Below are positions 1 to 8,789 of a DNA stretch of 63,916 nucleotides, piece after piece (position 1 is the first letter of the stretch; every line of letters begins with the position of its first letter). Position numbers and translations under genes: made by a program. The stretch lies in the IMG/VR virus record IMGVR_UViG_3300044491_001200, positions 1 to 63,916 of that record, one strand, 5' to 3'. The DNA comes from a virus (Duplodnaviria > Caudoviricetes). Below the pieces are notes generated by a model. That model did no database searches. It worked only from the letters and a program-made list of their open reading frames with translations, and was not told the DNA's origin.

Positions 1-37
1 TCTAATTTTATTTAATGTTATTTATCAAAAATAAAAC

Positions 38-66
38 TTGACATGTGTAAGTAGATATATTATAAT
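38..66 (+). promoter_or_regulatory. sigma70-type promoter
   Basis: TTGACA (38-43), 17 nt spacer, TATAAT (61-66); GGAG RBS before ATG 91. Confidence 0.8.
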
Positions 67-90
67 ACACACTTATAATGGAGAAATTAC

Positions 91-321
91 ATGACAACAT
101 TTAACACAAAAGCAGAATTCAAGAAGTCAGCAAGAGTCATCAGTGACTATACTAATGACATGATCTTTGAACAACCTCGCGAAGGCTTAATTGCACAAGA
201 GTTTACAACATTTGAAAACATTGATAATGGTGTGAAGAAAACTGTTATTACTAGAACATTTTCCACAAATGGCGAATATAGTGACGTTACTGCAATAAGT
301 ATTTTGCCTAACAACGTATAG
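91..321 (+). CDS. hypothetical protein
   Basis: 76 aa ORF with promoter and RBS. Confidence 0.7.
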   Translation: MTTFNTKAEFKKSARVISDYTNDMIFEQPREGLIAQEFTTFENIDNGVKKTVITRTFSTNGEYSDVTAISILPNNV

Positions 322-328
322 GAATTTT

Positions 329-1258
329 ATGAAAGAATTATGGGTAGAAAAGTACAGGCCGAATAACATCGGTGACTATGTATTCCGCGATGATAAACAA
401 CGTGGGCAAGTTAGTGGTTGGGTCCAAGAAGGAGCATTACCACATTTACTTTTCAGTGGAGCACCTGGCACAGGTAAGACTACTTTAGCAAAGGTTCTTC
501 TCTCTGAATTAGAAATTGACAGCATGGACATACTAGAAATAAATGCTAGTAATGAAAATAGTGTTGATACTATCAGGAGTAAGATCACAAACTTCAGTAG
601 CACAATGCCATTTGGAGACATGAAGTATGTATTGCTTGATGAGGCTGATTATATTACGCCTAATGGTCAAGCGGCACTTCGTGGTGTGATGGAAACATAC
701 CACACTAGTTGTAGATTCATACTAACTTGTAACTACCCGCAACGTATCATTCCTGCATTGCACAGCAGATGTCAAGGCTTTCATATTGAAAAACTAGACA
801 TCAAAGAGTTCACTGCCAGGATAGCAACTATCTGTATCGAAGAAGGTGTACAGATTGATTTAGATACATTGGATTCTTATAGCCAGGCTACATATCCAGA
901 CTTGCGTAAAAGTATCAACTTGGTACAACAAAATGTAGTAGACGGTGTTTTACAAAAGCCTCAGGTTGGTGATCAATCAAGCAGTGACTGGATGTTATCT
1001 GCTGTTGAATTGTTTAAAGCCAGCAAGTACAAAGAAGCAAGGAACATGATTGTTAGTCAAGCAAGGCCTGAAGAGTATGATGACATATACAAATTTATGT
1101 ATAGAAACTTAGAACTTTGGGGTAACACAGAACAGCAACAAGATCAAGCAATCTTAATTATTAGGGACGGTATTAGTAAAAGTGTTACTGTAGCAGATCC
1201 AGAAATCAACTTATCTGCTACTTTAGTTGCTCTTCAACTAAATAGTATTGATGCTTAA
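329..1258 (+). CDS. clamp loader AAA+ subunit (RFC small subunit / T4 gp44-like)
   Basis: WVEKYRP start, Walker A GAPGTGKT, INASNE, Walker B LLDEAD, SRC motif. Confidence 0.95.
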   Translation: MKELWVEKYRPNNIGDYVFRDDKQRGQVSGWVQEGALPHLLFSGAPGTGKTTLAKVLLSELEIDSMDILEINASNENSVDTIRSKITNFSSTMPFGDMKYVLLDEADYITPNGQAALRGVMETYHTSCRFILTCNYPQRIIPALHSRCQGFHIEKLDIKEFTARIATICIEEGVQIDLDTLDSYSQATYPDLRKSINLVQQNVVDGVLQKPQVGDQSSSDWMLSAVELFKASKYKEARNMIVSQARPEEYDDIYKFMYRNLELWGNTEQQQDQAILIIRDGISKSVTVADPEINLSATLVALQLNSIDA

Positions 1259-1502
1259 AAAAATTAAAAAATGGTGGTTCACACTAATATACGAAGAATA
1301 CGATCTAACCGTATGGTTTCATTCTGAAACAATGATTCAAGAAGATGGTGTTAAAACTATCAAACGTGTTCCTAAGCATTACAAACTTAAAGCAATTAGT
1401 AAGAAGACTCCTACACATATAGTTGGTAAAGACATGCAAAACAAGTTCTTTGAAATTAGAACTGTTGAGCCATTTGATTATAGAATAGTAAAGGTTTACT
1501 AA
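1251..1502 (+). CDS. hypothetical protein
   Basis: ORF overlapping both neighbours, ATG at 1251. Confidence 0.65.
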   Translation: MLKKIKKWWFTLIYEEYDLTVWFHSETMIQEDGVKTIKRVPKHYKLKAISKKTPTHIVGKDMQNKFFEIRTVEPFDYRIVKVY

Positions 1503-2131
1503 TGAAGCTCATTCCCGAAAGTCAACTCGACAGGGCTCTCGAAATCGATAACGAAATACCCGGTCACAGCAACAAAGATATTGCCTGTGTATTATTAAAT
1601 TATGTAAAGCAAACAAAACGTAACATGATACTCAATGAGTTCATGAAAACAACTGCTAAGACTACTGCATTGGTTAGAAGAGTAAGTGAGAACCCAATAC
1701 ACTTGCATGATATATTTGAACAGCACCCATTAGCGGCACAACAATATCAAAAAACAAAACAAGACCTAAGTGGTTATACAAACATAAACTATCATAATAC
1801 CAGTCCACTTGATGTAGACATGGATGCCCTAGACAGTAACAGAGAGTATGATTTAATTTATACACTATTGCCTTATAAACTAGAACAAGCACCTAATACT
1901 ACAGAAACAGTAATTAGTAAAACATTAGAATTGTGGGATTGGGCAAGTACTGATGGTACTATTATATGTGGACCTGACTATGACAAAGGTCCTGTAAAGA
2001 GAATGGTAGACTTGTTTGTTAAACAAAACAAATACGAACTAGAAACATATTTAAACACCAATTGGTCTAACCCAGAAGCAGAACGTGAGGACTACATGTT
2101 TGCTTTTCAAGTCAAAAGAAAAGGGACATAA
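1502..2131 (+). CDS. hypothetical protein, possibly degenerate methyltransferase fold
   Basis: YDLIY...GTIICGPDY resembles the C-terminal half of class I methyltransferases; followed by a hairpin. Confidence 0.45.
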   Translation: MKLIPESQLDRALEIDNEIPGHSNKDIACVLLNYVKQTKRNMILNEFMKTTAKTTALVRRVSENPIHLHDIFEQHPLAAQQYQKTKQDLSGYTNINYHNTSPLDVDMDALDSNREYDLIYTLLPYKLEQAPNTTETVISKTLELWDWASTDGTIICGPDYDKGPVKRMVDLFVKQNKYELETYLNTNWSNPEAEREDYMFAFQVKRKGT

Positions 2132-2157
2132 AGTCCCCCTTCCAAAGTCTTATAACT

Positions 2158-2406
2158 TTACTTGACTTTAGGCATTTGCCTATTGAACAAGTGGTATAAA
2201 ACAAAAGCACCTACGAGACCTAGCAATCCTTCTGCGGAAAGTCCCTTAAGGATACCCATAATATTATCTACTATACTTACGTCAGGCCAAAACGGAATTC
2301 CGTTACCTGAGAATAATACTTCGAGTACAACTCCTAGTGCAAGTACTGATAAACCTGTATGTGTAAGTGCTGACGCCCAGGCGCCAATTTTACTTATAAT
2401 ATCCAT
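2158..2406 (-). CDS. small membrane protein
   Basis: Two hydrophobic segments; GGAG RBS before MDIISK start at 2406. Confidence 0.7.
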   Translation of the reverse strand: MDIISKIGAWASALTHTGLSVLALGVVLEVLFSGNGIPFWPDVSIVDNIMGILKGLSAEGLLGLVGAFVLYHLFNRQMPKVK

Positions 2407-2469
2407 ACAATATTCTCCCAATGGTTTTCTATAACCAACAAATATTTAAGGCCAATACTCTCCGAGTTA

Positions 2470-2477
2470 TATAAATA
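2470..2477 (+). promoter_or_regulatory. T4-type late promoter TATAAATA
   Basis: Exact T4 late consensus upstream of the 2521 gene. Confidence 0.65.
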
Positions 2478-2520
2478 CATAACTTAAATACATATATAAC
2501 TACCAGGTAGGAATTGATAA

Positions 2521-3582
2521 ATGTCAAGATTTTACGAACAAAACATAGATGTTATACTAGAAATGGATGCTCTCAACAAGCATATCAAAGATCTACGACA
2601 GTATTATGAACTTGAACACATTTTTGTTGTAAGTACTCCTGCCGCTAGAGAACGTGGTATACAATCTATATTAGAAACTGCTGGTTATACAGTTACTATG
2701 TGGGGCGAACAATACGGAGACCTAACAGAACCAACTAACGATCAAATACTAGAAGCATACAAAGAGTTTGCTCACAGTGATGCTGATTGTGTGTTTGCTA
2801 TCGGTGGAGGCAGTATTGTTGATTTAGGTAAAGGAATTATATTTAATAGTCTAGCAGGAACAAGACCGTTCTTTATAGCAGTACCTACAACTTACAGTGG
2901 TGCTGAAATAACCAAAGGCTTAATGATTGTTAGAGGTCCAGGTAATAAGAAACCAGTGTATGATGAGAAGTGTAGACCTGATGTACTAATATTAGATGGT
3001 ACACTAACAGATACTCTACCCGATAGAACGGGTCTTATAATCGCCGTAGACGCTCTTACACATTGTTTAGAGGGTGCGGCTAGTACAATTGAACACCCTA
3101 TTGCGGAAGGTGCCGGTTTGCATGGCATTAAACTTGCAATGGAACATTTACCCACAACTGAAGTTACTCCTGAACTCAGAGAAACATTTGCTAAAGTAGG
3201 CTTCTTAGGTAGTAAAGCAATGGATTGTGCATTAGGACATATCCATAATGTAAGTTTTAGTATTGGTCCTAGGACAGGATTAAAACATGGTGAACTAAAT
3301 TGTTTGTTTGCTCCTGCTATTATAGAAGCAAGTTTGCGTAAACGTAACGATGCATACAGACACATAGACACAGAAAAACTATTACAAATTTTTGAATTCT
3401 ACATTGATGATTGGGAACTATACCAAAGGTATTTGCCTAAGCATAGTGATCTATTTGTGGAAACAGCAATAGCAAATGCAAACTATAACAGTCATCCGGT
3501 GGAACTAGACGCAGATGACTTTAGATGGATTTTTGAAACAACATTACAGAGAGCAAAAGACTATGTCGAACAATATACTTGA
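2521..3582 (+). CDS. iron-containing alcohol dehydrogenase family protein
   Basis: GGGSIVD, VPTT, DALTHCLE and downstream His ligands (HIH, KHG). Confidence 0.9.
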   Translation: MSRFYEQNIDVILEMDALNKHIKDLRQYYELEHIFVVSTPAARERGIQSILETAGYTVTMWGEQYGDLTEPTNDQILEAYKEFAHSDADCVFAIGGGSIVDLGKGIIFNSLAGTRPFFIAVPTTYSGAEITKGLMIVRGPGNKKPVYDEKCRPDVLILDGTLTDTLPDRTGLIIAVDALTHCLEGAASTIEHPIAEGAGLHGIKLAMEHLPTTEVTPELRETFAKVGFLGSKAMDCALGHIHNVSFSIGPRTGLKHGELNCLFAPAIIEASLRKRNDAYRHIDTEKLLQIFEFYIDDWELYQRYLPKHSDLFVETAIANANYNSHPVELDADDFRWIFETTLQRAKDYVEQYT

Positions 3583-4114
3583 TAACTACGAAGATATTTT
3601 ACTTGATCTAATAACCAATAACAAAGACGCAAAAATTGGTCTAGCAGAGTTTGGTAGAGGTGATGGTTCACTATATAACTACTTGAAAGATAAAGTAGCA
3701 GAAGTACATGTTATCGAAGATTGGAATCAAACTATATTCCAGGCAGATAGAAACAATTATAATGATTGTGAAAACTTAATAGAATACAATGTTTTAAGTA
3801 CATATAATTTAGAAGAACAATTTGATGTGCTGTATTGCAGTTTGCCTAACTTTGTTCCTAATATGCCTGTTGAGGTATACCAAACAAGATTAAATAAAGG
3901 TTTTGCTAATTTATATAATGCATTATATGATAAAGGTAAACTAATTACAGTTGATTATAATGTTAAAAGTATTAAAGATGCAATAATAAATTTAAGTTGC
4001 CCGGTTGCAAAATATATACAAACTAATGAAGGCATAGACCCACACTTTGCATTTGAAGATTATGATGACTTGTTACCAGAGTATTATATTTGTGTAGCAA
4101 CTAAACATGATTGA
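3563..4114 (+). CDS. putative SAM-dependent methyltransferase
   Basis: LAEFGRGDG motif I-like, FDVLY, LYDKGKLI. Confidence 0.55.
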   Translation: MSNNILDNYEDILLDLITNNKDAKIGLAEFGRGDGSLYNYLKDKVAEVHVIEDWNQTIFQADRNNYNDCENLIEYNVLSTYNLEEQFDVLYCSLPNFVPNMPVEVYQTRLNKGFANLYNALYDKGKLITVDYNVKSIKDAIINLSCPVAKYIQTNEGIDPHFAFEDYDDLLPEYYICVATKHD

Positions 4115-4325
4115 GCAACTAGCAGAAAACATTCTCAAGGAACCTGAGTTTAGAAAGAATGGGTTTGTGTGGAAACACATAGAGCAAGGTAGTGCTGATC
4201 CGTTAAGATCTGTTCAAAGTGCAGTAGACCGAATGAGGGAACTTCACGATATAGAAGATAATCAATTCGGTCCACTATGTAATTTAGTTTATGAAAAACT
4301 AATTAAGATTGTTTCCAAATCTTAA
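4107..4325 (+). CDS. hypothetical protein
   Basis: 72 aa ORF overlapping upstream gene. Confidence 0.55.
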   Translation: MIEQLAENILKEPEFRKNGFVWKHIEQGSADPLRSVQSAVDRMRELHDIEDNQFGPLCNLVYEKLIKIVSKS

Positions 4326-5049
4326 GGACTTCACTTACAGCAGGATGTCTTTCAATCTGAGTGTGATCAAATTCAACTAAATTTATCCTATTACTGTTAA
4401 AAGCCTTTAACTTATCTAAAAATACTTTTAGACCATTAGTTTCATAACCACGGTCATGCTGTGCCAAGTCTCCTGTTACTATCAATTTAGAGCCATCTCC
4501 TATTCTAGTAAGTAACATTTTCATTTGTTCTTGGGTAGCATTTTGCATTTCGTCAGCAATAATAATGCTTTCTTTAAATGTCCTTCCTCTCATGTAGGCC
4601 AAAGGTGCTACTTCAACTGTATTATTTTCTACTAGATACTCAATCTCTTTAGGATGATAGTATTGTTCAAATACATCAAAAATAGGCCTTGTCCATGGTG
4701 CCATTTTTTCTACTAATGTACCAGGTAAGAATCCATGTTGCTCGTCAACTGAAACTGCTGGTCTAGTAATTACAATTTTTGAGTATGTTTTATTTTTGAA
4801 TTCTCTAAGTGCGTACAAAGTACTAAGAAGTGTTTTACCTGTTCCTGCTGGGCCTGTTGTGAGTACTATGTTTATATTATCATTTTCTAAAGCCGCTATA
4901 AGATCGTCTTGTTTGAAGTTGCGAGGAACTATATTTACTGATTGTTGCCTAGTTATGGTCTCGACTTGACCGCCTTTTATTATTTTCAAATAGTTATTCT
5001 CCTGGAATCTGGTTTTAAATTCTCGTTCTTTACGTTTTTTTCTGGACAT
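4303..5049 (-). CDS. phoH: PhoH family ATPase
   Basis: GPAGTGKT, ITRPAV, GFLPG, YMRGRTF, DEMQN, GDLAQHD, RHP motifs. Confidence 0.95.
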   Translation of the reverse strand: MSRKKRKEREFKTRFQENNYLKIIKGGQVETITRQQSVNIVPRNFKQDDLIAALENDNINIVLTTGPAGTGKTLLSTLYALREFKNKTYSKIVITRPAVSVDEQHGFLPGTLVEKMAPWTRPIFDVFEQYYHPKEIEYLVENNTVEVAPLAYMRGRTFKESIIIADEMQNATQEQMKMLLTRIGDGSKLIVTGDLAQHDRGYETNGLKVFLDKLKAFNSNRINLVEFDHTQIERHPAVSEVLKIWKQS

Positions 5050-5225
5050 AATGTACTCCTGTCGTCAGAACTCCTACCAGTATACACACCGGCATGAAGA
5101 CTGTAATGTTGTGAGGGTTGTTGTTTGGTATAATTTGATATCATACTATATTACTTAGTTTGCCTATCAAGTAAATTAAAAGATTAGTTTATAAGATGAT
5201 AAATACTTGTAAATAGGAACTTGAT

Positions 5226-5798
5226 ATGCAAACAGTTAAAATTATAAACGATAACATTAGAAAGATATCTGAGACTAATACGTTGTTAGATATGCTTCTA
5301 GAGTTCGAAGGTGTACTAGATCAATTTGATATGTATGCTTATAAGAACTGGAATAAAGGTGAAGTAGTTGCTGGACCTAAGTTAGGCAGATACTTTATTG
5401 AAGTTACACTAATGTATCCAGGCGAAGATATGCCTGATCCAGAAGCAATACTAAGGCTTAGAAAGAATGACTGTGAAGTAAGTTTCAAAAAAGACAAGTT
5501 ACTAAAACCAAAAAAAATTAAAAGTGTAGAAGATACTGAAATTAGAGTTAGACAAAACATGCCAAGACGTGTTGCTAAAACAGAACAGCACGATATTTGG
5601 TTAGTTGAAATTAAAATGCCAAGACGTTTTGTTGACGAATTTAGTTTAGAACAAATAGAAGCCGCTGAAGATTCATATGTTGATATGGAATCTATTCAAG
5701 ACGGTATGGATCAGAGTTTAGACACTCCAGCCAACATTGACGATCCAATGGCAGTACCTGGTGGTGCCGGAGTACAAGAACCTGGAATGGGATTATAA
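5226..5798 (+). CDS. hypothetical phage protein (probably late)
   Basis: 190 aa ORF preceded by GATAAATA and AGGA. Confidence 0.7.
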   Translation: MQTVKIINDNIRKISETNTLLDMLLEFEGVLDQFDMYAYKNWNKGEVVAGPKLGRYFIEVTLMYPGEDMPDPEAILRLRKNDCEVSFKKDKLLKPKKIKSVEDTEIRVRQNMPRRVAKTEQHDIWLVEIKMPRRFVDEFSLEQIEAAEDSYVDMESIQDGMDQSLDTPANIDDPMAVPGGAGVQEPGMGL

Positions 5799-6556
5799 TG
5801 ATAAACGAAAACCTCAAACACGAAGACCTTAAAGGTGTTATATTAGACAAGATCAGCATTGATGAATTTGAACCAAAGACCGGTGAGAAAGAAGAAGTTG
5901 CGGTATTTGGTTTTTATGTAGAAGAAAAAAGTGTAGGTGATGACTTAGCAAACTTTTTAGAAAAGAGTACATTTGATTTTAGAGATGTAGAAGTTACACC
6001 AAACCCAACTCCAGAAAACAAATACATGGTGTTTATAGAAGTAGATAGAAATGAATCTATGATAGAAGACTTACAAGCAATATGTAAAGATATTAAAAAT
6101 ATTTCTGGTGAACTAAACTGGAAAGCAAAACCGTTATTAAGCGATAACGAATTTTCATTATCAGATCCTCAACTTACAGAATATGTAAGAATGTCATCTG
6201 AATCATATGAAACAAAAGAGGATTATGACATGAGATTAAAAACAGAAAAGGAACAAGCAATAGTAGAATTTATTTGTAATGATTCTAACGTAACCAAATG
6301 TTCCTTTGAAGAGAATGTGTTAAATTTAATGGACACTAAGAACAATATTAAGTTAGAGTTTGTTGGCTTTGGTGAAGGTAAACCCACACTAGAAGAAGCA
6401 GGACTTAATGACTTAGCAATTGATTATGATTTTGATAGACACTTAATTAAAACATTAGAGTCTATGAGAGGTGAATTAAACATTGTGCCTATAAACAGAA
6501 ACATTGTTTTTCATAATCCAAAAACAGACAGAATATTAGTAGCAAGACCATGTTAG
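5798..6556 (+). CDS. hypothetical acidic phage protein
   Basis: 252 aa ORF coupled to upstream gene (TAATG). Confidence 0.7.
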   Translation: MINENLKHEDLKGVILDKISIDEFEPKTGEKEEVAVFGFYVEEKSVGDDLANFLEKSTFDFRDVEVTPNPTPENKYMVFIEVDRNESMIEDLQAICKDIKNISGELNWKAKPLLSDNEFSLSDPQLTEYVRMSSESYETKEDYDMRLKTEKEQAIVEFICNDSNVTKCSFEENVLNLMDTKNNIKLEFVGFGEGKPTLEEAGLNDLAIDYDFDRHLIKTLESMRGELNIVPINRNIVFHNPKTDRILVARPC

Positions 6557-6978
6557 GAATGATAAAAGCATTACCTTATATGCTTGTGATTGGAGCATTG
6601 GCTTTTGGAAGTCACAAGTTTATAGTAGGTAATTTAAACGATACTATTGAGAAACAAGCAATGCAAATTGAACAATACGTTGCTCAAAATGTTGCACTCC
6701 AAACTGCGGCTCAGCAGAATGAAAACACTATTAGAAGTTTAGAAGCAGGAATGCAAAGACAAATAGAACTTACACAAGACTTAACCTTAAAGTTTAATGA
6801 AGCAGAACGTCAAAAGACTGAAGCATTGAGAATATTTAATAATCACGATATCACTAAACTTGCCAGAAACAAACCAGGGCTCATGGAGCCAAGAGCAAAT
6901 AAAGCCACGAAATTGGAGTTTGAAGGCATAGAAGAGTTAAGTAGAGAGACAGCAAAATTAAATGAACAAGACAATTAG
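6550..6978 (+). CDS. putative inner-membrane spanin (Rz-like)
   Basis: N-terminal transmembrane segment then long coiled coil; overlaps a lipoprotein gene. Confidence 0.7.
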   Translation: MLGMIKALPYMLVIGALAFGSHKFIVGNLNDTIEKQAMQIEQYVAQNVALQTAAQQNENTIRSLEAGMQRQIELTQDLTLKFNEAERQKTEALRIFNNHDITKLARNKPGLMEPRANKATKLEFEGIEELSRETAKLNEQDN

Positions 6979-7675
6979 AAACATAGCAGTAGTAAGTATG
7001 GCACTAGTATTAGGTGCATGTTCAACTACTGGCGGTTATCAACCACTACCACCAGTTAAAGTAATAACTGAAACAGTAGAGGTTGAAATCTATGCCCCAC
7101 CCTTACCACCAGAAATTGATTTACAAGATGTAGAATGGAAAGTAATATCTAATACACCATGCAGACCTGCAACGGGTATTGATAAGAAAACTAAACTATA
7201 CACTTATGAAAGATTCCAATACGAAAAGTATACTGATGAAAAAGGTAAAGAAAGACGTAAGGTTGTAAAGGATGCTGAGGGTAATAGAATTGAACTTGAA
7301 CAACTTAAAGATGCTAATGGTGAAGTTATACAAGTATGTGGTAACTTAGAGGAAAAGATCTATGAAGTAGAAAAACTACTTGATGGAGACTTTGCCGTGT
7401 TTGCAGTTACTCCAGGAGGTTATCAAGCATTAAGCACTAACCTACAAGAGATTAAAAGATATATTGCACAACAACAAGAAATTATCATGTACTATAGAGA
7501 AGCAACTAAACCAAAAGGTAAAGACGGTTGGTTAAATGAAAACAAAGAAAGACAACAAAACGATTTAGATGCCGCGGCGGCAGATAATGATAATCCAAAA
7601 CCAGAAGGCAAACAGGAAACAAGTGGATTTAATTTAAATAAACTAATACCAGGTTTGACAGGAAGTAAAGACTAA
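6962..7675 (+). CDS. putative outer-membrane spanin lipoprotein (Rz1-like)
   Basis: Signal peptide with lipobox LGA-C, Pro-rich PLPP segments, C-terminal helix. Confidence 0.7.
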   Translation: MNKTIRNIAVVSMALVLGACSTTGGYQPLPPVKVITETVEVEIYAPPLPPEIDLQDVEWKVISNTPCRPATGIDKKTKLYTYERFQYEKYTDEKGKERRKVVKDAEGNRIELEQLKDANGEVIQVCGNLEEKIYEVEKLLDGDFAVFAVTPGGYQALSTNLQEIKRYIAQQQEIIMYYREATKPKGKDGWLNENKERQQNDLDAAAADNDNPKPEGKQETSGFNLNKLIPGLTGSKD

Positions 7676-7908
7676 TGAATGTAGAAGAAGCAGTAATTAA
7701 AATTATTAAAGAAAATCTAGACATAGATAGTAAAACAGATATTGAGTTAGATGCTCACATTATACACGACCTAGGTGGTGATAGCCTAAGTGCAGTGGAA
7801 ATTGTAATGGAAATTGAAGAAGAGTTTGATATTGAGATTGATGATGGTGAGGTAGAAGACCTTGAATCTATCAATGCTTTAGTTGATCTAATCAAAGATA
7901 GAATATAA
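7675..7908 (+). CDS. acpP: acyl carrier protein
   Basis: 77 aa, acidic, DLGGDSLSAVEIVMEIEEEFDIEI phosphopantetheine site. Confidence 0.93.
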   Translation: MNVEEAVIKIIKENLDIDSKTDIELDAHIIHDLGGDSLSAVEIVMEIEEEFDIEIDDGEVEDLESINALVDLIKDRI

Positions 7909-7928
7909 TTTTAAACAAACAAATTTAT

Positions 7929-7950
7929 AGGGCATTTCGGTGCCCTTTTT
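7929..7950 (+). terminator. intrinsic terminator
   Basis: AGGGCA-tttcgg-TGCCCT followed by T run. Confidence 0.8.
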
Positions 7951-7951
7951 C

Positions 7952-7980
7952 TTGACTTTAACAAATAAAACCTTTATAAT
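7952..7980 (+). promoter_or_regulatory. sigma70-type promoter of dnaJ
   Basis: TTGACT-17-TATAAT, ATG (7987) 6 nt downstream. Confidence 0.75.
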
Positions 7981-7986
7981 ATGACT

Positions 7987-8781
7987 ATGGATTACTATGA
8001 AACATTAGGTGTGAATCACACAACCACACCGGATGAAGTTAAAAAAGCATATCGCAAACTTGCAAGTAAGCATCACCCTGACAAGGGAGGTGACCCAGAA
8101 CAGTTTAAAAAGATACAAGAAGCATATGAAACACTAAGTGATCCTCAAAAGAAACATCAATACGATAATCCAGATCCATTTGCTAACATGGGTGGTAATC
8201 CGTTTCAACAAGGTGGTAATCCGTTTGGTGATATATTTGGAGACATATTTGGACATAGGCGACAAGCAAGAAACCCAGATGCAGTTGTAGATATACATAT
8301 TGAATTAGAGCAAGCCTATACAGGCACAGAACAAATTATAAGAACAGAACTAGGACAGTTCAAACTTATTATACCAGCCGGTACTGAGTCAGGTACTAAA
8401 TTTGTTATGCATGGTAAAGGCCCTATGAACTATGATAACTTGCCAGCAGGAGATTTAATTTGTAGAGTACATGTGCATAATAGAGATAATAATTGGAATG
8501 TCGTAGGTCAAGATTTAATAGTTAGAATACAAGTAGATTATTTTGAAGCAATGCTTGGAAGTAGTATAAGGTTTTTGCATGTTGATGGTAAACAACTTGA
8601 AGTTAAAGTACCTAAACATACATCACCTGGTAGTAGGTTAAGACTCAGTGGCAAGGGTATGCCTAATCCAAAACGTGCTGGTACATATGGTAATTTATTT
8701 GTACTAGTAGAAGTAACAGCACCTAATTTAACTGATGAACAGTTACGAAAATTAGAGCAATTTAAAGACAAGGAATTGTAA
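7987..8781 (+). CDS. dnaJ: DnaJ/CbpA-type co-chaperone
   Basis: [11 protein letters not shown] motif, G/F-rich linker, C-terminal domain without zinc finger. Confidence 0.93.
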   Translation: MDYYETLGVNHTTTPDEVKKAYRKLASKHHPDKGGDPEQFKKIQEAYETLSDPQKKHQYDNPDPFANMGGNPFQQGGNPFGDIFGDIFGHRRQARNPDAVVDIHIELEQAYTGTEQIIRTELGQFKLIIPAGTESGTKFVMHGKGPMNYDNLPAGDLICRVHVHNRDNNWNVVGQDLIVRIQVDYFEAMLGSSIRFLHVDGKQLEVKVPKHTSPGSRLRLSGKGMPNPKRAGTYGNLFVLVEVTAPNLTDEQLRKLEQFKDKEL

Positions 8782-8789
8782 ATAGTAGT

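Noticed and set aside
329-1258. Archaeal or eukaryotic-virus origin suggested by RFC-like loader and family B polymerase
   Set aside because: Sigma70 promoters, SD sequences, spanins, phoH and T4-type late promoters indicate a bacteriophage.
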